From positions 96,001 to 160,000 of the forward strand of contig CAWDOY010000014.1 in NCBI GenBank assembly GCA_963803975.1: DNA of 64,000 nt, read 5' to 3'. Each line of letters begins with the position of its first letter. The first letter of the stretch is position 1. Of this stretch, positions 11,597 to 21,672 are shown piece after piece. The translations under genes were made by a program, and so were the position numbers. This stretch comes from an uncultured delta proteobacterium. GTDB taxonomy: Bacteria > Desulfobacterota > WTBG01 > CAIYCZ01. The notes beneath the pieces were generated by a model that did no database searches, was not told the DNA's origin, and saw only the letters and a program-made list of their open reading frames with translations.

Positions 11597-11728
11597 AGTG
11601 GAAAGTGGAAGGTGAAAAGTGAAATTTCCCATTCACCTATTCACCGACTCACCCATTCACCGCAATCCCCTCGCCCCCTGAACCCTTTTATATTCCTGTG
11701 TGCCTATTGCCTGCTGCCTGTTGCCTTT
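11597..11728. repeat. Patch of short-period tandem repeats (7- and 8-nt units, partly inverted)
   Basis: AGTGGAA/GGTGAAA x4, TCACCnAy x4, CCCCTnnn and TGCCTnn x4 between convergent stops. Confidence 0.75.
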
Positions 11729-11729
11729 T

Positions 11730-12547
11730 TTATTTCCCCAGCTCCCTTGACCTCTGCGTTGCCGCCTCCACCGCATCCATGACCAGCCCCTTAAAGCCCG
11801 CCTTTTTCAAGAACATGCAGGCCGCTTATGGTGGTGCCGCCCGGCGAGGTGACCTGCTCTTTCAGCTTTGTCGCTGATTCCTGTGTTTCCTTTACCAGCG
11901 TTGCCGCGCCATAGATTGTCTGGGCCGCAAGCTCTGCGGCAACAGCTCTTGTCAGCCCCACTTTCACCCCGGCATCAATTAATGCTTCGAGAAAGAGAAA
12001 GACATAGGCCGGGCCGCTGCCGCTAAGGCCCGTCACCGCATCCATGAGCTTTTCATCAACGAGCACGGTTTTTCCCAGCGCGGCAAATATTTTCTCCGCT
12101 GCAGCCAGGTCCTGGCTGGTTGCGCCGGGGCCGGAGCAGAGAGCGGTTGCGCTTTCAAGAACCCGCGCTGCAGTGTTCGGCATGGCACGTATTACGCGGC
12201 AGTTGCCGGAGAGAAGCCCTGCAATAGCATCGGTCTTAACGCCGGCTGCGATGGAAAGGAAGAGTTTTGTTTTGTCTGAAGCCGCCGCGCATTCTTTCAT
12301 GACCGCGGGCAGAACCTGCGGCTTTACCGCGATGATGATGACGGAAGAATCAGCGACCAGCTTTTTGTTGTCAGAGCAGGTCTTTATTTTGTAGGAGTCC
12401 TTAAGAAATTTCAGCCGCTGCGCGGTGACGTCAGAGACGGTAATCTGCTGACGGAGAAAAGACTTTTGCCTTGATAATGCCGCGGATGATGGCCTCACCC
12501 ATGGCCCCGCCGCCAAGAATGCCAAGCTTTACTTTCTTTAAATCCAT
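11730..12547 (-). CDS. proC: Pyrroline-5-carboxylate reductase (frameshifts near both ends, probably assembly errors)
   Basis: MDLKKVKLGILGGGAMG start with RBS; AVKPQ, RAMPN, SGSGPAY and VTSPGGTT motifs; tail ...AVEAATQRSRELGK lies in a shifted frame. Confidence 0.92.
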
Positions 12548-12565
12548 AACCACTCCCTCCTTTTA

Positions 12566-12604
12566 TGTCATTGCGAGTCCACCTTGAGTGGACGAAGCAA
12601 TCTC
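12566..12604. repeat. REP-like palindrome
   Basis: GTCATTGCGAG-TCCAC-CTTGA-GTGGA-CGAAGCAATCTC hairpin; degenerate partner GGAATGAC near 12646. Confidence 0.55.
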
Positions 12605-12820
12605 CTGTTATGATAAAGCCATTCACATTTTAGTGTGAGTTTATGGAATGACAAGGTCATTGTCAACTGGTTTGACAGGCTCCCACAAGCGAAATCCCCG
12701 TATTAAGCTAAAAATCTTGACAGCTTAGCCATTTACTTTATATTGAGAGAACAATATAAAGAAGAAGCATAAAAAACAATGTTATGACGCTCAACCAGCG
12801 CCAGGGAGATAGGAATCCAA

Positions 12821-15363
12821 GTGTCCGACAAGGAAGCCACAGCCCGTATCAAGATCAATAAGCTGCTCGAAGCGGCAGGCTGGCGTTTCTTTCCGCAGAG
12901 GAAGCGCGCCCGCCAACATCCGCCTTGAGCCCAGCGTGACGATCAAGTCATCCGATCTGGAAGCACTTGGCGAGAACTTCGAAAAGACGAGCAAGGGCTT
13001 CATCGACTTCCTGCTTTTAGACACCAAAGGCTTCCCGCTCATCGTCCTTGAGGCCAAGTCCGAGGACAAGAACCCGCTCGTGGGCAAGGAGCAGGCCCGC
13101 AAATACGCCAAGTCCCAGAACTGCCGCTTCGTCATCCTCTCCAACGGCAACCTGCACTACTTCTGGGATCTGGAGCGCGGCAACCCCTACCTCATTACGT
13201 CCTTCCCTACGCCGGACTCGGTGATCGGCTACCAGCAGGTCACGCCCAACCCGCAACGCCTCGTCGAGGACCAGGTCAACGACGACTACATCGTGCTGAC
13301 CCAGCGCCCGAACTACCAATCCGAAGCAGCGTGGAAGAGCGAGGCCGAGCGTCCCGGCTACATCCAGGCCAATAAACTGCGTTTCTTGCGGCCCTATCAG
13401 TTGAAGGCCATTCACGCCCTGCAACGGGCCGTGAAGGACGGCAAAGACCGCTTCCTGTTCGAGATGGCCACCGGCACCGGCAAGACTCTCACTGCCGCCG
13501 CCGTCATCAAGCTCTTCCTCCGTTCCGGCAATGCCCGGCGCGTGCTGTTTCTGGTGGATCGCCTCGAACTGGAGGATCAGGCCAGGAAGGCCTTCAAGGC
13601 GCTGCTGTCTGCGGACTTTCAGACGGTGATCTACAAGGAGAACCGTGACGACTGGCGGCGGGCGGAAATCGTTGTCACCACGGTGCAGTCGCTGCTCTTC
13701 AACAACAAGTACCAGCGGCTCTTCTCGCCGACTGATTTCGACCTGGTAATTTCCGACGAAGCCCACCGCTCCATCGGCGGCAACGCCCGCGCCGTCTTCG
13801 ACTACTTCATCGGCTACAAGCTCGGCCTCACCGCCACGCCCCGCGACTATCTCAGGCGGTTTGACAACACCAACCCTTCTACCCGCGACCCGCGCGAAGC
13901 CGAGCGCCGACTGCTGCTGGATACCTACCGCACCTTCGGCTGCGAGAACAGCCAGCCCACCTACCGCTATTCGCTGCTCGACGGCGTGAAGGAAGGCTTT
14001 CTGATCAACCCCACCGTGGTGGATGCCCGCACCGAGATCACCACCGAACTGCTTTCCGAAGAGGGCTTCGTCGTCTCGTTCACCGACGATACCGGCGAGG
14101 ATCAGCAGGAGGCCTTCAAGCAGCGGGAGTTCGAGAAGCGATTCTTTGCCAAGGCCACCAATGAGCTCTTCTGCAAGACCTTTCTGGAAAACGCCCTGCG
14201 CGATCCGGTCAGCGGGGAGATCGGCAAGTCCATCATCTTCGCGGTCAGCCAGAACCACGCCGCCAAGCTGGCGCAGATCCTCAACCAGATGGCCGACCGC
14301 ATGTTCCCCGGCAAGTACCAGTCCGACTTCGCCGTGCAGGTCACATCAACGATTCCCGACGCCCAGCAGTTCACCATCAACTTCACCAACAACAACCTGC
14401 TCGGTTCGGCCAACTTCCTGCCCGCTTACAAGACCAGCAAGGCGCGTGTCTGCGTTACGGTTGGCATGATGACCACAGGCTACGATTGCACCGACATTCT
14501 CAATCTCGGCATGTTCCGCCCGATTTTCTCGCCGACCGACTTCATCCAGATCAAGGGGCGCGGCACCCGCAAGCACAATTTCCTCGAACAGCTTTTCGAC
14601 GACAGCATCAAGGAAGGCGTGACGCAGCCGCAGAAGTCCGCATTCAAGCTCTTCGACTTCTTCGCCAACTGCGAGTACTTCGAGGAGGAGTTCAACTACG
14701 ACGAGGTGCTGAAGCTCCCCCGGCCTTCAAGCAAGGGTGCTGGCACAGGCGGAGGCATAGGCCCGGTGGTATTTGGCGGCACCTACGAGCACCTCGGCGC
14801 GGATATCCTCTCCTCGATCAAGGTGGCAGAGATCGGTAGCGAAGGCATGAAGATTGACCGCATGTTCTTCGAGAAATTCGAGGACACCGTGCGCGAGAAC
14901 GAGACGATCGCCGCCGCCGTCGAGTCAGGACAATGGGATCGCGTCATCGACTACGTGAACCGCGAGGTCTTCGACAAACCCGAGGAGTACTACACCCTCG
15001 ACAAGCTGCGCAAAGCCGCTGCCGTGGATCGCCGCCTGACCCTGCGGGAAATCCTGGAGAAGATCTTCGGCCTCATCCCGCGCTTCAAGTCCAAGGACGA
15101 ACTGCTGGAAGAGGAGTTCGCCAAGTTCGTCGCCGACGCCAAGCCCGACGAGGCTGGGGCCATCCCGGCTATCAAGAACTATTTCAAGGCGTACCTCACC
15201 AGCGATCAGGTGCGCCACATCATCGAGAGCCGCCACTTCACCGACCTGGCCACCAACCCGGTCTTTTCCACCCGCGACTTTCAGCGCCGTGCCGCAGAAG
15301 TACCGGACGCTGATCCCTGAATACGTCAAGGACTACGTCTCCTTGAACCAGTTCGCCGCATGA
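12821..15363 (+). CDS. hsdR: Type I restriction endonuclease subunit R (frameshifts near 12895 and 15282)
   Basis: N-terminus MSDKEATARIKIN from GTG 12821; D...LEAK nuclease motif, MATGTGKT, DEAH, TATP, QIKGRGTR; true C-terminus ...YVSLNQFAA in a shifted frame. Confidence 0.9.
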
Positions 15364-15376
15364 GAGAACGAATGGT

Positions 15377-16026
15377 ATGACCGCCAACGAACCGTTGATC
15401 ACCGAAGCATGGTGGCTACCGAAAGCTCAAGAGCTTTCAGGTGGCGCAGCTGATGTATGATGTGACGGTCCGTTTTTGCGACCGCTACATCGACAAGCGC
15501 AGCCGTACCCACGACCAGATGGTGCAGGCGGCGCGGTCGGGTGTGCAGAACATCGCCGAAGGGAGTCAGGCCTCGGGAACCTCGAAAAAGACCGAACTCA
15601 AACTCACCAACGTGGCGCGGGCCAGCCTGGAAGAGCTGCGGCTCGACTACGAGGATTTCCTGCGCCAGCGCGGCCTGCCGATCTGGGAGCGTGACGATCC
15701 TCGCCGGCAAGAATCTGATTGACCGCCGGTGCGCCACTGCCGATGAAGTGGCGCGTGGGTGCGGGAAGAGCATGATCGTGGACGGGGTGGACAAAGTGGA
15801 CCCAGTGGACAGAAAAGTCATCGTCCACAGTCCACCAGTCCACCTTCCCCGAGCTTGCCGCCAACGCCGCACTGGTGCTGCTGGCGGTCGCCTGCAGCCT
15901 GCTCGACCGCCAGCTCGCCGCCCAGGCAAAAGCGTTTGAAACCGAGGGCGGCTTCACCGAACGCCTCTACCGCGTTCGTTCGAAAAGCGCGTTCGCCCCG
16001 TCCACTTCGTCCACCAAGTCCACTAG
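15377..16026 (+). CDS. Four-helix-bundle protein with suffix domain (TIGR02436/TIGR04258-like), frameshifted
   Basis: KHGGYRKLKSFQ, DQMVQAARSGVQNIAEG, ARASLEELRLDYEDFL and FETEGGFTERLY segments; internal GTGGAC/GTCCAC repeats. Confidence 0.85.
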
Positions 16027-16040
16027 CACTGAGGTTTCTC

Positions 16041-18625
16041 ATGCTCGACACCGACACCAAACGCCGCATCGACACCGCCCGCGACATCCTCGTGGGCAAG
16101 GTGCCCGACCCCAAGAGCCAGGTCGAGCAGATCACCATCGCCCTGATCTACAAGTTCATGGACGACATGGACGCCGAGAGCGAGGAGTTCGGCGGCAAGC
16201 GCAAGTTCTTCGCCAAGGAGTTCGCCCGCTACGGCTGGGCCAAACTCATGCGCTCCGGCCTGGGCGGCCACGAGACCCTGAACCTCTACGCCGAGGCCAT
16301 TACCAAGATGCCGGAGAACCCCGGCATTCCGCCGCTCTTCCGCGACATCTTCAAGAACGCCTATCTGCCCTACCGCGACCCCGAAACGCTCAAGATGTTC
16401 CTCAAGGTCATTGACGAGTTCACCTACGACCACAGCGAACGCCTCGGCGACGCCTTCGAGTATCTGCTCTCCGTGCTCGGCTCCCAGGGCGACGCCGGGC
16501 AGTTCCGCACCCCGCGCCACATCATTGATTTCATGGTCGAGATCATCGACCCGAAGAAGACCGAGACCGTGCTCGATCCGGCCTGCGGCACCGCCGGATT
16601 CCTGATCTCGTCCTACAAGCACATCCTGCGAGCCAACAGCTTCAAGACATGACGTCCACATGGTAGCCAGTCCAATCCACCCTGTCCACCTGCAAACCCT
16701 TACCCCCGACGAGCGCGGCGAGGCTCGCTGCACAACTTCAAGGGCTACGACATCTCGCCCGACATGGTGCGCCTCTCGCTTGGTGAACCTGTATCTGCAC
16801 GGCTTCGCCGACCCGCATATCTACGAATACGATACCCTTGCCAGCCAGGACCGCTGGAACGATTACGCCGATGTCATCCTTGCCAATCCGCCCTTCATGT
16901 CGCCGAAGGGGGGTATCATGCCCCACAAACGCTTCTCGGTGCAGTCCAAGCGCAGCGAAGTGCTCTTTGTGGACTATATGGCCGAGCACCTCACACCCAA
17001 CGGCCGCGCCGGCATCATCGTGCCCGAAGGCATCATCTTCCAGAGCCAGACCGCCTACAAACAACTGCGCAAGATGCTGGTGGAGGAGTACCTCGTCGCC
17101 GTCGTCTCGCTGCCGGCGGGTGTGTTCAATCCCTATTCCGGCGTCAAGACCTCGATCCTGATCCTCGACAAGTCGCTGGCGAAGAAGACCAACACCATCG
17201 CCTTCTTCAAGGTCGAGAACGACGGCTTCGGCCTCGGCGCCCAGCGGCGCGAGATTGACAAGAACGACCTGCCCGCCGCTTTAGCCGGCAATTAAGAAGT
17301 ACTGAATTAGGACATTATGAATGGCGAGGATGTCCTGGCTCCTGACTTCACAATTCATCCTTCGGCCTGCATCATTGTGCCAAAGGAGAAGATCGCCGCG
17401 AACGGCGACTACAACCTGAGCGGGGAGCGGTATCGGGAGGGGGCGATGCAGCCATCTCGTTTCCGCTGTGTCTCCTTGGCGACATCGCAGACTATTCCGA
17501 GTCGAAAGCGGTGGAACTCCGAAGTCCGACGTAGAAGAGTACTGGAACGGCGGCATTCCCATGGGCGACGCTGGTCGATCTTCCGCAACAGATTTCATCA
17601 CTGAAATCACGTCGACGCAAGCGAACGTATCTCCGAGCGAGGTCTGCGCGAATCTTCAGCGAAGATGATCCCAGCGAACTCGGTCGATCGTCTCGACACG
17701 TGCAACTATTGGACGCATTGCCATCAATCGCGTTCCGATTGCTACGAATCAAGGATTCAAGAACGTCGTGATCGAAGACGTCGACACGGGCACTTCCTGA
17801 GTATGTCGCGCTTGCTACTGCACAGAGCTTGTGCCGACGATGGATGCATGGGCGACTGGCGGGCACATTCAACGAGATTTCAAAGTCGAAGTTCTGCGAA
17901 CTCCAAATCCCCCTGCCGCCGCTGGAGGTGCAGAAGGAGATCGTGGCGGAGATCGAGGGCTACCAGAAAGTCATCGACGGCGCCCGCGCCGTCCTCGACA
18001 ACTACCGCCCCCACATCCCCATCCACCCCGACTGGCCGATGGTGGAGTTGGCGAAGATCTGCACGAATCACTCAAGGCAAGCTCACGCCGCTCGAAGGCG
18101 ATCCGATTACGTGGAAGGCTACGATCCGTTCTATGGGTGAGACATTCGTCGATTACAGACGTCAATGGATCAGCCTTGAATCTGACGTCATCGCAAGAAG
18201 GTCGAACGAGTATGCCGACTGGCTCGGCAAAAGCGAGCATTGCTAATCATTGCTCGTCAGTGGTGCATCGGCAGGCTATCTGCGATTGTGGCAATCGACG
18301 CGCGCATTCAACGGTTTACTGACGGCATTCAGACTATAATGAGATCGATCAATCTGACGATTCTTGATTCCTACTTCTTCAAATGCTCGATTCGACGAAT
18401 TGATCGGAGAATAAGTCGAGTGCGAGCAGCCATGCAAGCTACTCAGCAATCGATCATGAAGGAAGTCTCGAAATCCCCCTTCCACCCCTCGCCACCCAGC
18501 AAGCCATCGTCGCCGAGATCGAAGCCGAGCAGGCGCTGGTCGCCGCCAACCGCGAACTGATCGCCCGCTTCGAGAAGAAGATCCAGGCCACCCTCGCCCG
18601 CGTCTGGGGGGAGGATGAAGGATGA
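16041..18625 (+). CDS. hsdM: Fused type I methyltransferase-specificity subunit (HsdM-HsdS), many indels
   Basis: GQFRTP, DPACGT and NPPF motifs, then HsdS conserved regions IPLPPLEVQKEIVAEIE and QAIVAEIEAEQALV...ARVWGE with two TRDs. Confidence 0.85.
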
Positions 18626-18689
18626 GGGATGAATTATGAATGATGAATAAAGAATAAAAAAGGAAGAAGGATGAATTGTGAATGATGAA
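18613..18689. repeat. 11-unit heptamer array (nnATGAA-type) upstream of a four-helix-bundle gene
   Basis: GGATGAA GGATGAG GGATGAA TTATGAA TGATGAA TAAAGAA TAAAAAA GGAAGAA GGATGAA TTGTGAA TGATGAA. Confidence 0.9.
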
Positions 18690-19055
18690 AGGAAGAACCA
18701 GGAGCCGAAGGATTTGCAGATTCGGACGAAGGAATTTGCGTTACGGGTGATTCGGATGTATTCCGCATTACCAAAGTCAACCGAAGCGCAGGTGTTGGGC
18801 AAACAGGTCCTACGTTCCGGCACATCCGTTGGCGCCAATTACCGCGAGGCCAATCGGGCGCGTTCAAAACCGGAGTTCATCGCCAAGATCGGGGACTGCC
18901 TCAAGGAACTCGACGAAACCGCCTATTGGTTTGAGCTGCTGGCCGAGTCGTCGATTGTACCCAATGCGAGACTTGCCGATCTGCGTGATGAATGCGATCA
19001 ACTCTTGGCAATCTTCACCACCATCTCAAAGAAGACGAAGGCCAATGCTTCATAA
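18678..19055 (+). CDS. Four-helix-bundle protein (TIGR02436 / 23S IVP / Avd-like fold)
   Basis: RTKEFALRVI, QVLRSGTSVGANYREA and ELDETAYWFELL motifs. Confidence 0.9.
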   Translation: MNDERKNQEPKDLQIRTKEFALRVIRMYSALPKSTEAQVLGKQVLRSGTSVGANYREANRARSKPEFIAKIGDCLKELDETAYWFELLAESSIVPNARLADLRDECDQLLAIFTTISKKTKANAS

Positions 19056-19083
19056 TTCAACCTTCATCATTCATGCTTTCCCC
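19049..19083. repeat. Inverted heptamer array (TTCATnn) at the four-helix-bundle gene stop
   Basis: TTCATAA TTCAACC TTCATCA TTCATGC TTTCCCC, complementary to 18613-18689. Confidence 0.85.
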
Positions 19084-19110
19084 CTGGAGGCGTGAGCCCG
19101 CAACCATTAA

Positions 19111-19608
19111 TTGGAAAAAGATAAAATGACACTGCTTGAACCAGCACGTGCAAATGCTTTCCTTGCCCAATACAAACGTCTCCTGTGCACCATTGCAGCC
19201 AAACCGCTGAAGATCATAAATGACTACAGCGAGGTTCGCAAAGTGCTTTATAAGGATGGCTTCAACAAATCCTTTGTCTTTGACTCGTCATACGAGGAAT
19301 CGTTTGTCAATGCCGTAAGAAACGCGACATACGGCATGTTTGTCTATGCCAAGAAATACAGGAGTGGCTATGCACTCAAGGTCTCGGACGACACCTGGTT
19401 TTGCGTTAAGGCGCTGACAACTCCTCTGGAAGAGTTGATCCCGGAGTGGTGCGTCATTGACACGGCGGTGCTACCCTATTGCGGGCTTATCATTTGTGAC
19501 GGGCTCATTGTGGACCGGCACGTATCCATTGGCCCGAACATGATCGCATCCATGACGCAGGAGCTGAAAACAGAAAGAAAAAAGTGGTCAGCCACGAAGG
19601 CAATTTAG
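19111..19608 (+). CDS. Hypothetical protein
   Basis: Intact 165-aa ORF (alternative ATG at 19126); family not recognised. Confidence 0.65.
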   Translation: MEKDKMTLLEPARANAFLAQYKRLLCTIAAKPLKIINDYSEVRKVLYKDGFNKSFVFDSSYEESFVNAVRNATYGMFVYAKKYRSGYALKVSDDTWFCVKALTTPLEELIPEWCVIDTAVLPYCGLIICDGLIVDRHVSIGPNMIASMTQELKTERKKWSATKAI

Positions 19609-19680
19609 GAGAGGCTTGGAGGGTCGGTCACTCGCCATGTCAAAGGTAGACCCCATAACATACTGGGGGGCGAAGAAGTT

Positions 19681-20067
19681 GTGTGGGGAATAAACTATCG
19701 TAGTCTGCCTAAGCGCCCATCTTTATCGCTCACCGAAGAAAGACGCCTCATAGCTAAAGCGAAGAGAGGATATAAAGCAGAAACCGAAGAGCTCGTCCTG
19801 CGCTATGTTGGCTTTATAATCTTTCGCATCCACAAGAAGGCCTTTCCATCCTATGCAGCCCGCTTTGGTGAAGAGATTCTTGCCCAAGCGGTGTTTATTT
19901 TGTACGACAAAATTAAGACCTATAACCTTCGCTACAGGGATAAGAATGGCGATTTAAAGCCGGTCAGGTTTTCCTCATATATCTGGAAGAGGATCGATGG
20001 GTTCATTCTGGATTCTTTGAAAGAAGAACTGGCAAGGGAAAGGCGTCAAGTAAGCCTTGACTGGTGA
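19681..20067 (+). CDS. Stand-alone sigma-70 region 1.2/2-like protein
   Basis: LSLTEERRLIAKAKRG...EELVLRY and RFSSYIWKRIDGFILD resemble sigma regions 1.2-2.4; no region 4. Confidence 0.55.
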   Translation: MWGINYRSLPKRPSLSLTEERRLIAKAKRGYKAETEELVLRYVGFIIFRIHKKAFPSYAARFGEEILAQAVFILYDKIKTYNLRYRDKNGDLKPVRFSSYIWKRIDGFILDSLKEELARERRQVSLDW

Positions 20068-20109
20068 AGTTATGAGCATCCACCGGACCCAACAATATAT
20101 AAATAATAC

Positions 20110-20138
20110 TTGACCGCTTCACCCAGGATGGCTATACT
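20110..20138 (+). promoter_or_regulatory. Sigma70 promoter of mazEF
   Basis: TTGACC-17 nt-TATACT, then AGGAGG RBS. Confidence 0.7.
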
Positions 20139-20164
20139 TTGGATATACATTAGGAGGTGGTCAC

Positions 20165-20413
20165 ATGCTTGCAAAAATTCAAAAATGGGGAAATAGCCAG
20201 GGACTTCGTCTTGCGAAGAATCTGCTCGCAGATTCACACCTCGGTGTCGGGGATGAAGTGGATATTAGCGTAAAAGACGGCACGATCATCGTTGCCCCGG
20301 CAAAAAGGATGCGCGGGCGGCATAATCTTAAGGATCTTGTGGCGGGTATTCCTAAAAACCACCAAACAGGCGAATTTGAATGGGGGGAACCTGTCGGCAA
20401 GGAGGTTTGGTAG
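20165..20413 (+). CDS. mazE: AbrB/MazE antitoxin
   Basis: KIQKWGNSQGLRL N-terminus and EWGEPVGKEVW C-terminus. Confidence 0.92.
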   Translation: MLAKIQKWGNSQGLRLAKNLLADSHLGVGDEVDISVKDGTIIVAPAKRMRGRHNLKDLVAGIPKNHQTGEFEWGEPVGKEVW

Positions 20414-20749
20414 ATGGCCGCATATATTCCCGGGCAAGGGGATATCATCGCAATCACCTTTGATCCACAGTCTGGTCATGAACAGAAAGGACGGCGCCCT
20501 GCTTTTGTTGTCAGCAAGGACCTGTTCAACAGAAGCACCGGTTTGGCTATGGTGTGCCCAATTACAAAAACAGATCGGGGGTTTCCCTTTCACGTACCTA
20601 TCCCGGAAGGCAGTAAACTGACGGGCTTCATTATGGTAGAGCAAGTTAAATCGGTCGATTTCCGTGCTCGTCAGGCTAAGCGCATTGAACACGGCAACGA
20701 TGAGTTGCTATCAGAGGTGCTCGCCATATTAGACGCCTGTATCTACTAA
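20414..20749 (+). CDS. mazF: PemK/MazF endoribonuclease toxin
   Basis: FDPQSGHEQKGRRPAFVVS, CPIT and EQVKSVD motifs. Confidence 0.93.
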   Translation: MAAYIPGQGDIIAITFDPQSGHEQKGRRPAFVVSKDLFNRSTGLAMVCPITKTDRGFPFHVPIPEGSKLTGFIMVEQVKSVDFRARQAKRIEHGNDELLSEVLAILDACIY

Positions 20750-20845
20750 CCAGCCAACCTGTCGCTTCATGGGAAATCCGGAAACACCTTACTGGTTTTA
20801 ATTGACAAGGCTGTTCTGTTGTATAAACAAAACACCTTCAACCCT

Positions 20846-20911
20846 CTCCCCCGCCAGATCATAGGTAAGCCCGCTGGTAATTTTCACCTTCACAAATGAC
20901 CCGGCCGCAGC
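20846..20911 (-). repeat. Direct repeat R1: copy of the rimO 3' end
   Basis: Matches 22738-22802; a 37-nt core (20874-20910) is identical; reads AAGSFVKVKITSGLTYDLAGE on the minus strand. Confidence 0.95.
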
Positions 20912-20981
20912 GCACCCCTTTTTAATATACAGAACCCCGTTAAGATCAGAGACCTGGAATCATCCAAAGAAATAACTTCTC

Positions 20982-21010
20982 TTGACGCCCGTGCGTCATT
21001 GGCGTATAGT
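20982..21010 (+). promoter_or_regulatory. Sigma70 promoter with overlapping palindromic operator
   Basis: TTGACG-17 nt-TATAGT; TGACGC-CCGT-GCGTCA palindrome; ATG at 21017 lies about at the expected TSS (possibly leaderless). Confidence 0.7.
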
Positions 21011-21016
21011 TTAAAT

Positions 21017-21331
21017 ATGTTGTTTATTGAAACCCCCGTATTCACTAAAGAAATCCAGAGGCTGATTACAGATGATGAATACAAGAAGCTGCAACAGGAT
21101 CTAATGCTGCGGCCCGCAGCCGGGAGAATTATAAAAGGAAGCAGGGGTTTGCGAAAAATTCGCTGGCAGCTTCCTGGAGAAGGCAAAAGAGGCGGATTGC
21201 GCGTAATTTATTATTGGGATCCCCCAGAGATTATATATATGCTGTTTCCATATAAAAAAACCGAGCAGGAGGATTTGACACCTGCTCAAGTGAAGATACT
21301 AAAAAAAATGGTCAAGGAGTGTTTGTCATGA
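21017..21331 (+). CDS. RelE/HigB-family toxin
   Basis: FIETPVF, GLRKIRW and GKRGGLRVIYYW motifs; toxin-first organisation. Confidence 0.9.
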   Translation: MLFIETPVFTKEIQRLITDDEYKKLQQDLMLRPAAGRIIKGSRGLRKIRWQLPGEGKRGGLRVIYYWDPPEIIYMLFPYKKTEQEDLTPAQVKILKKMVKECLS

Positions 21332-21618
21332 AAGAGAAGGCGTTTACAAAACTGTTAGCAAGTATTAAAGAGGCCGGGCAGATTAGGGCGGGCCGTAAAC
21401 AGCCAGGCAGAATTTTTAGAATAGACCCTCCGAGCATTAAAGCTGTGCGAAGGAAGCTGCATCTTTCACAAAGTGAATTTGCTCTTATGATTGGTGTCAG
21501 CACCAGCACCTTGCAGAACTGGGAACAGGGCCGGCGAGAGCCGGATGGTCCGGCGAAGGCTTTATTAAAAGTTGCCTCTCAAAACCCCGAAGCTGTTATG
21601 GAAGCACTGCATTCCTAA
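21328..21618 (+). CDS. HigA/NadS-like XRE HTH antitoxin
   Basis: LSQSEFALMIGVSTSTLQNWEQGRREPDGPA; ATGA overlap with the toxin. Confidence 0.9.
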   Translation: MKEKAFTKLLASIKEAGQIRAGRKQPGRIFRIDPPSIKAVRRKLHLSQSEFALMIGVSTSTLQNWEQGRREPDGPAKALLKVASQNPEAVMEALHS

Positions 21619-21627
21619 TAAAACATA

Positions 21628-21672
21628 CGCAGGTCAGGAAAAGAAGAGGTAGCGTTATATGAAGGCGAGTGA
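21628..21672 (+). pseudogene. C-terminal remnant of a BrnT-like toxin
   Basis: Reads RRSGKEEVALYEGE*, overlapping the antitoxin start as in BrnT-BrnA pairs; the rest of the gene is absent. Confidence 0.6.

Noticed and set aside
13017..14258. 413-aa antisense ORF over hsdR (and similar ones over hsdM and the TRAP genes)
   Set aside because: Shadow ORF caused by strong GC3 bias of the sense gene; no recognisable motifs.
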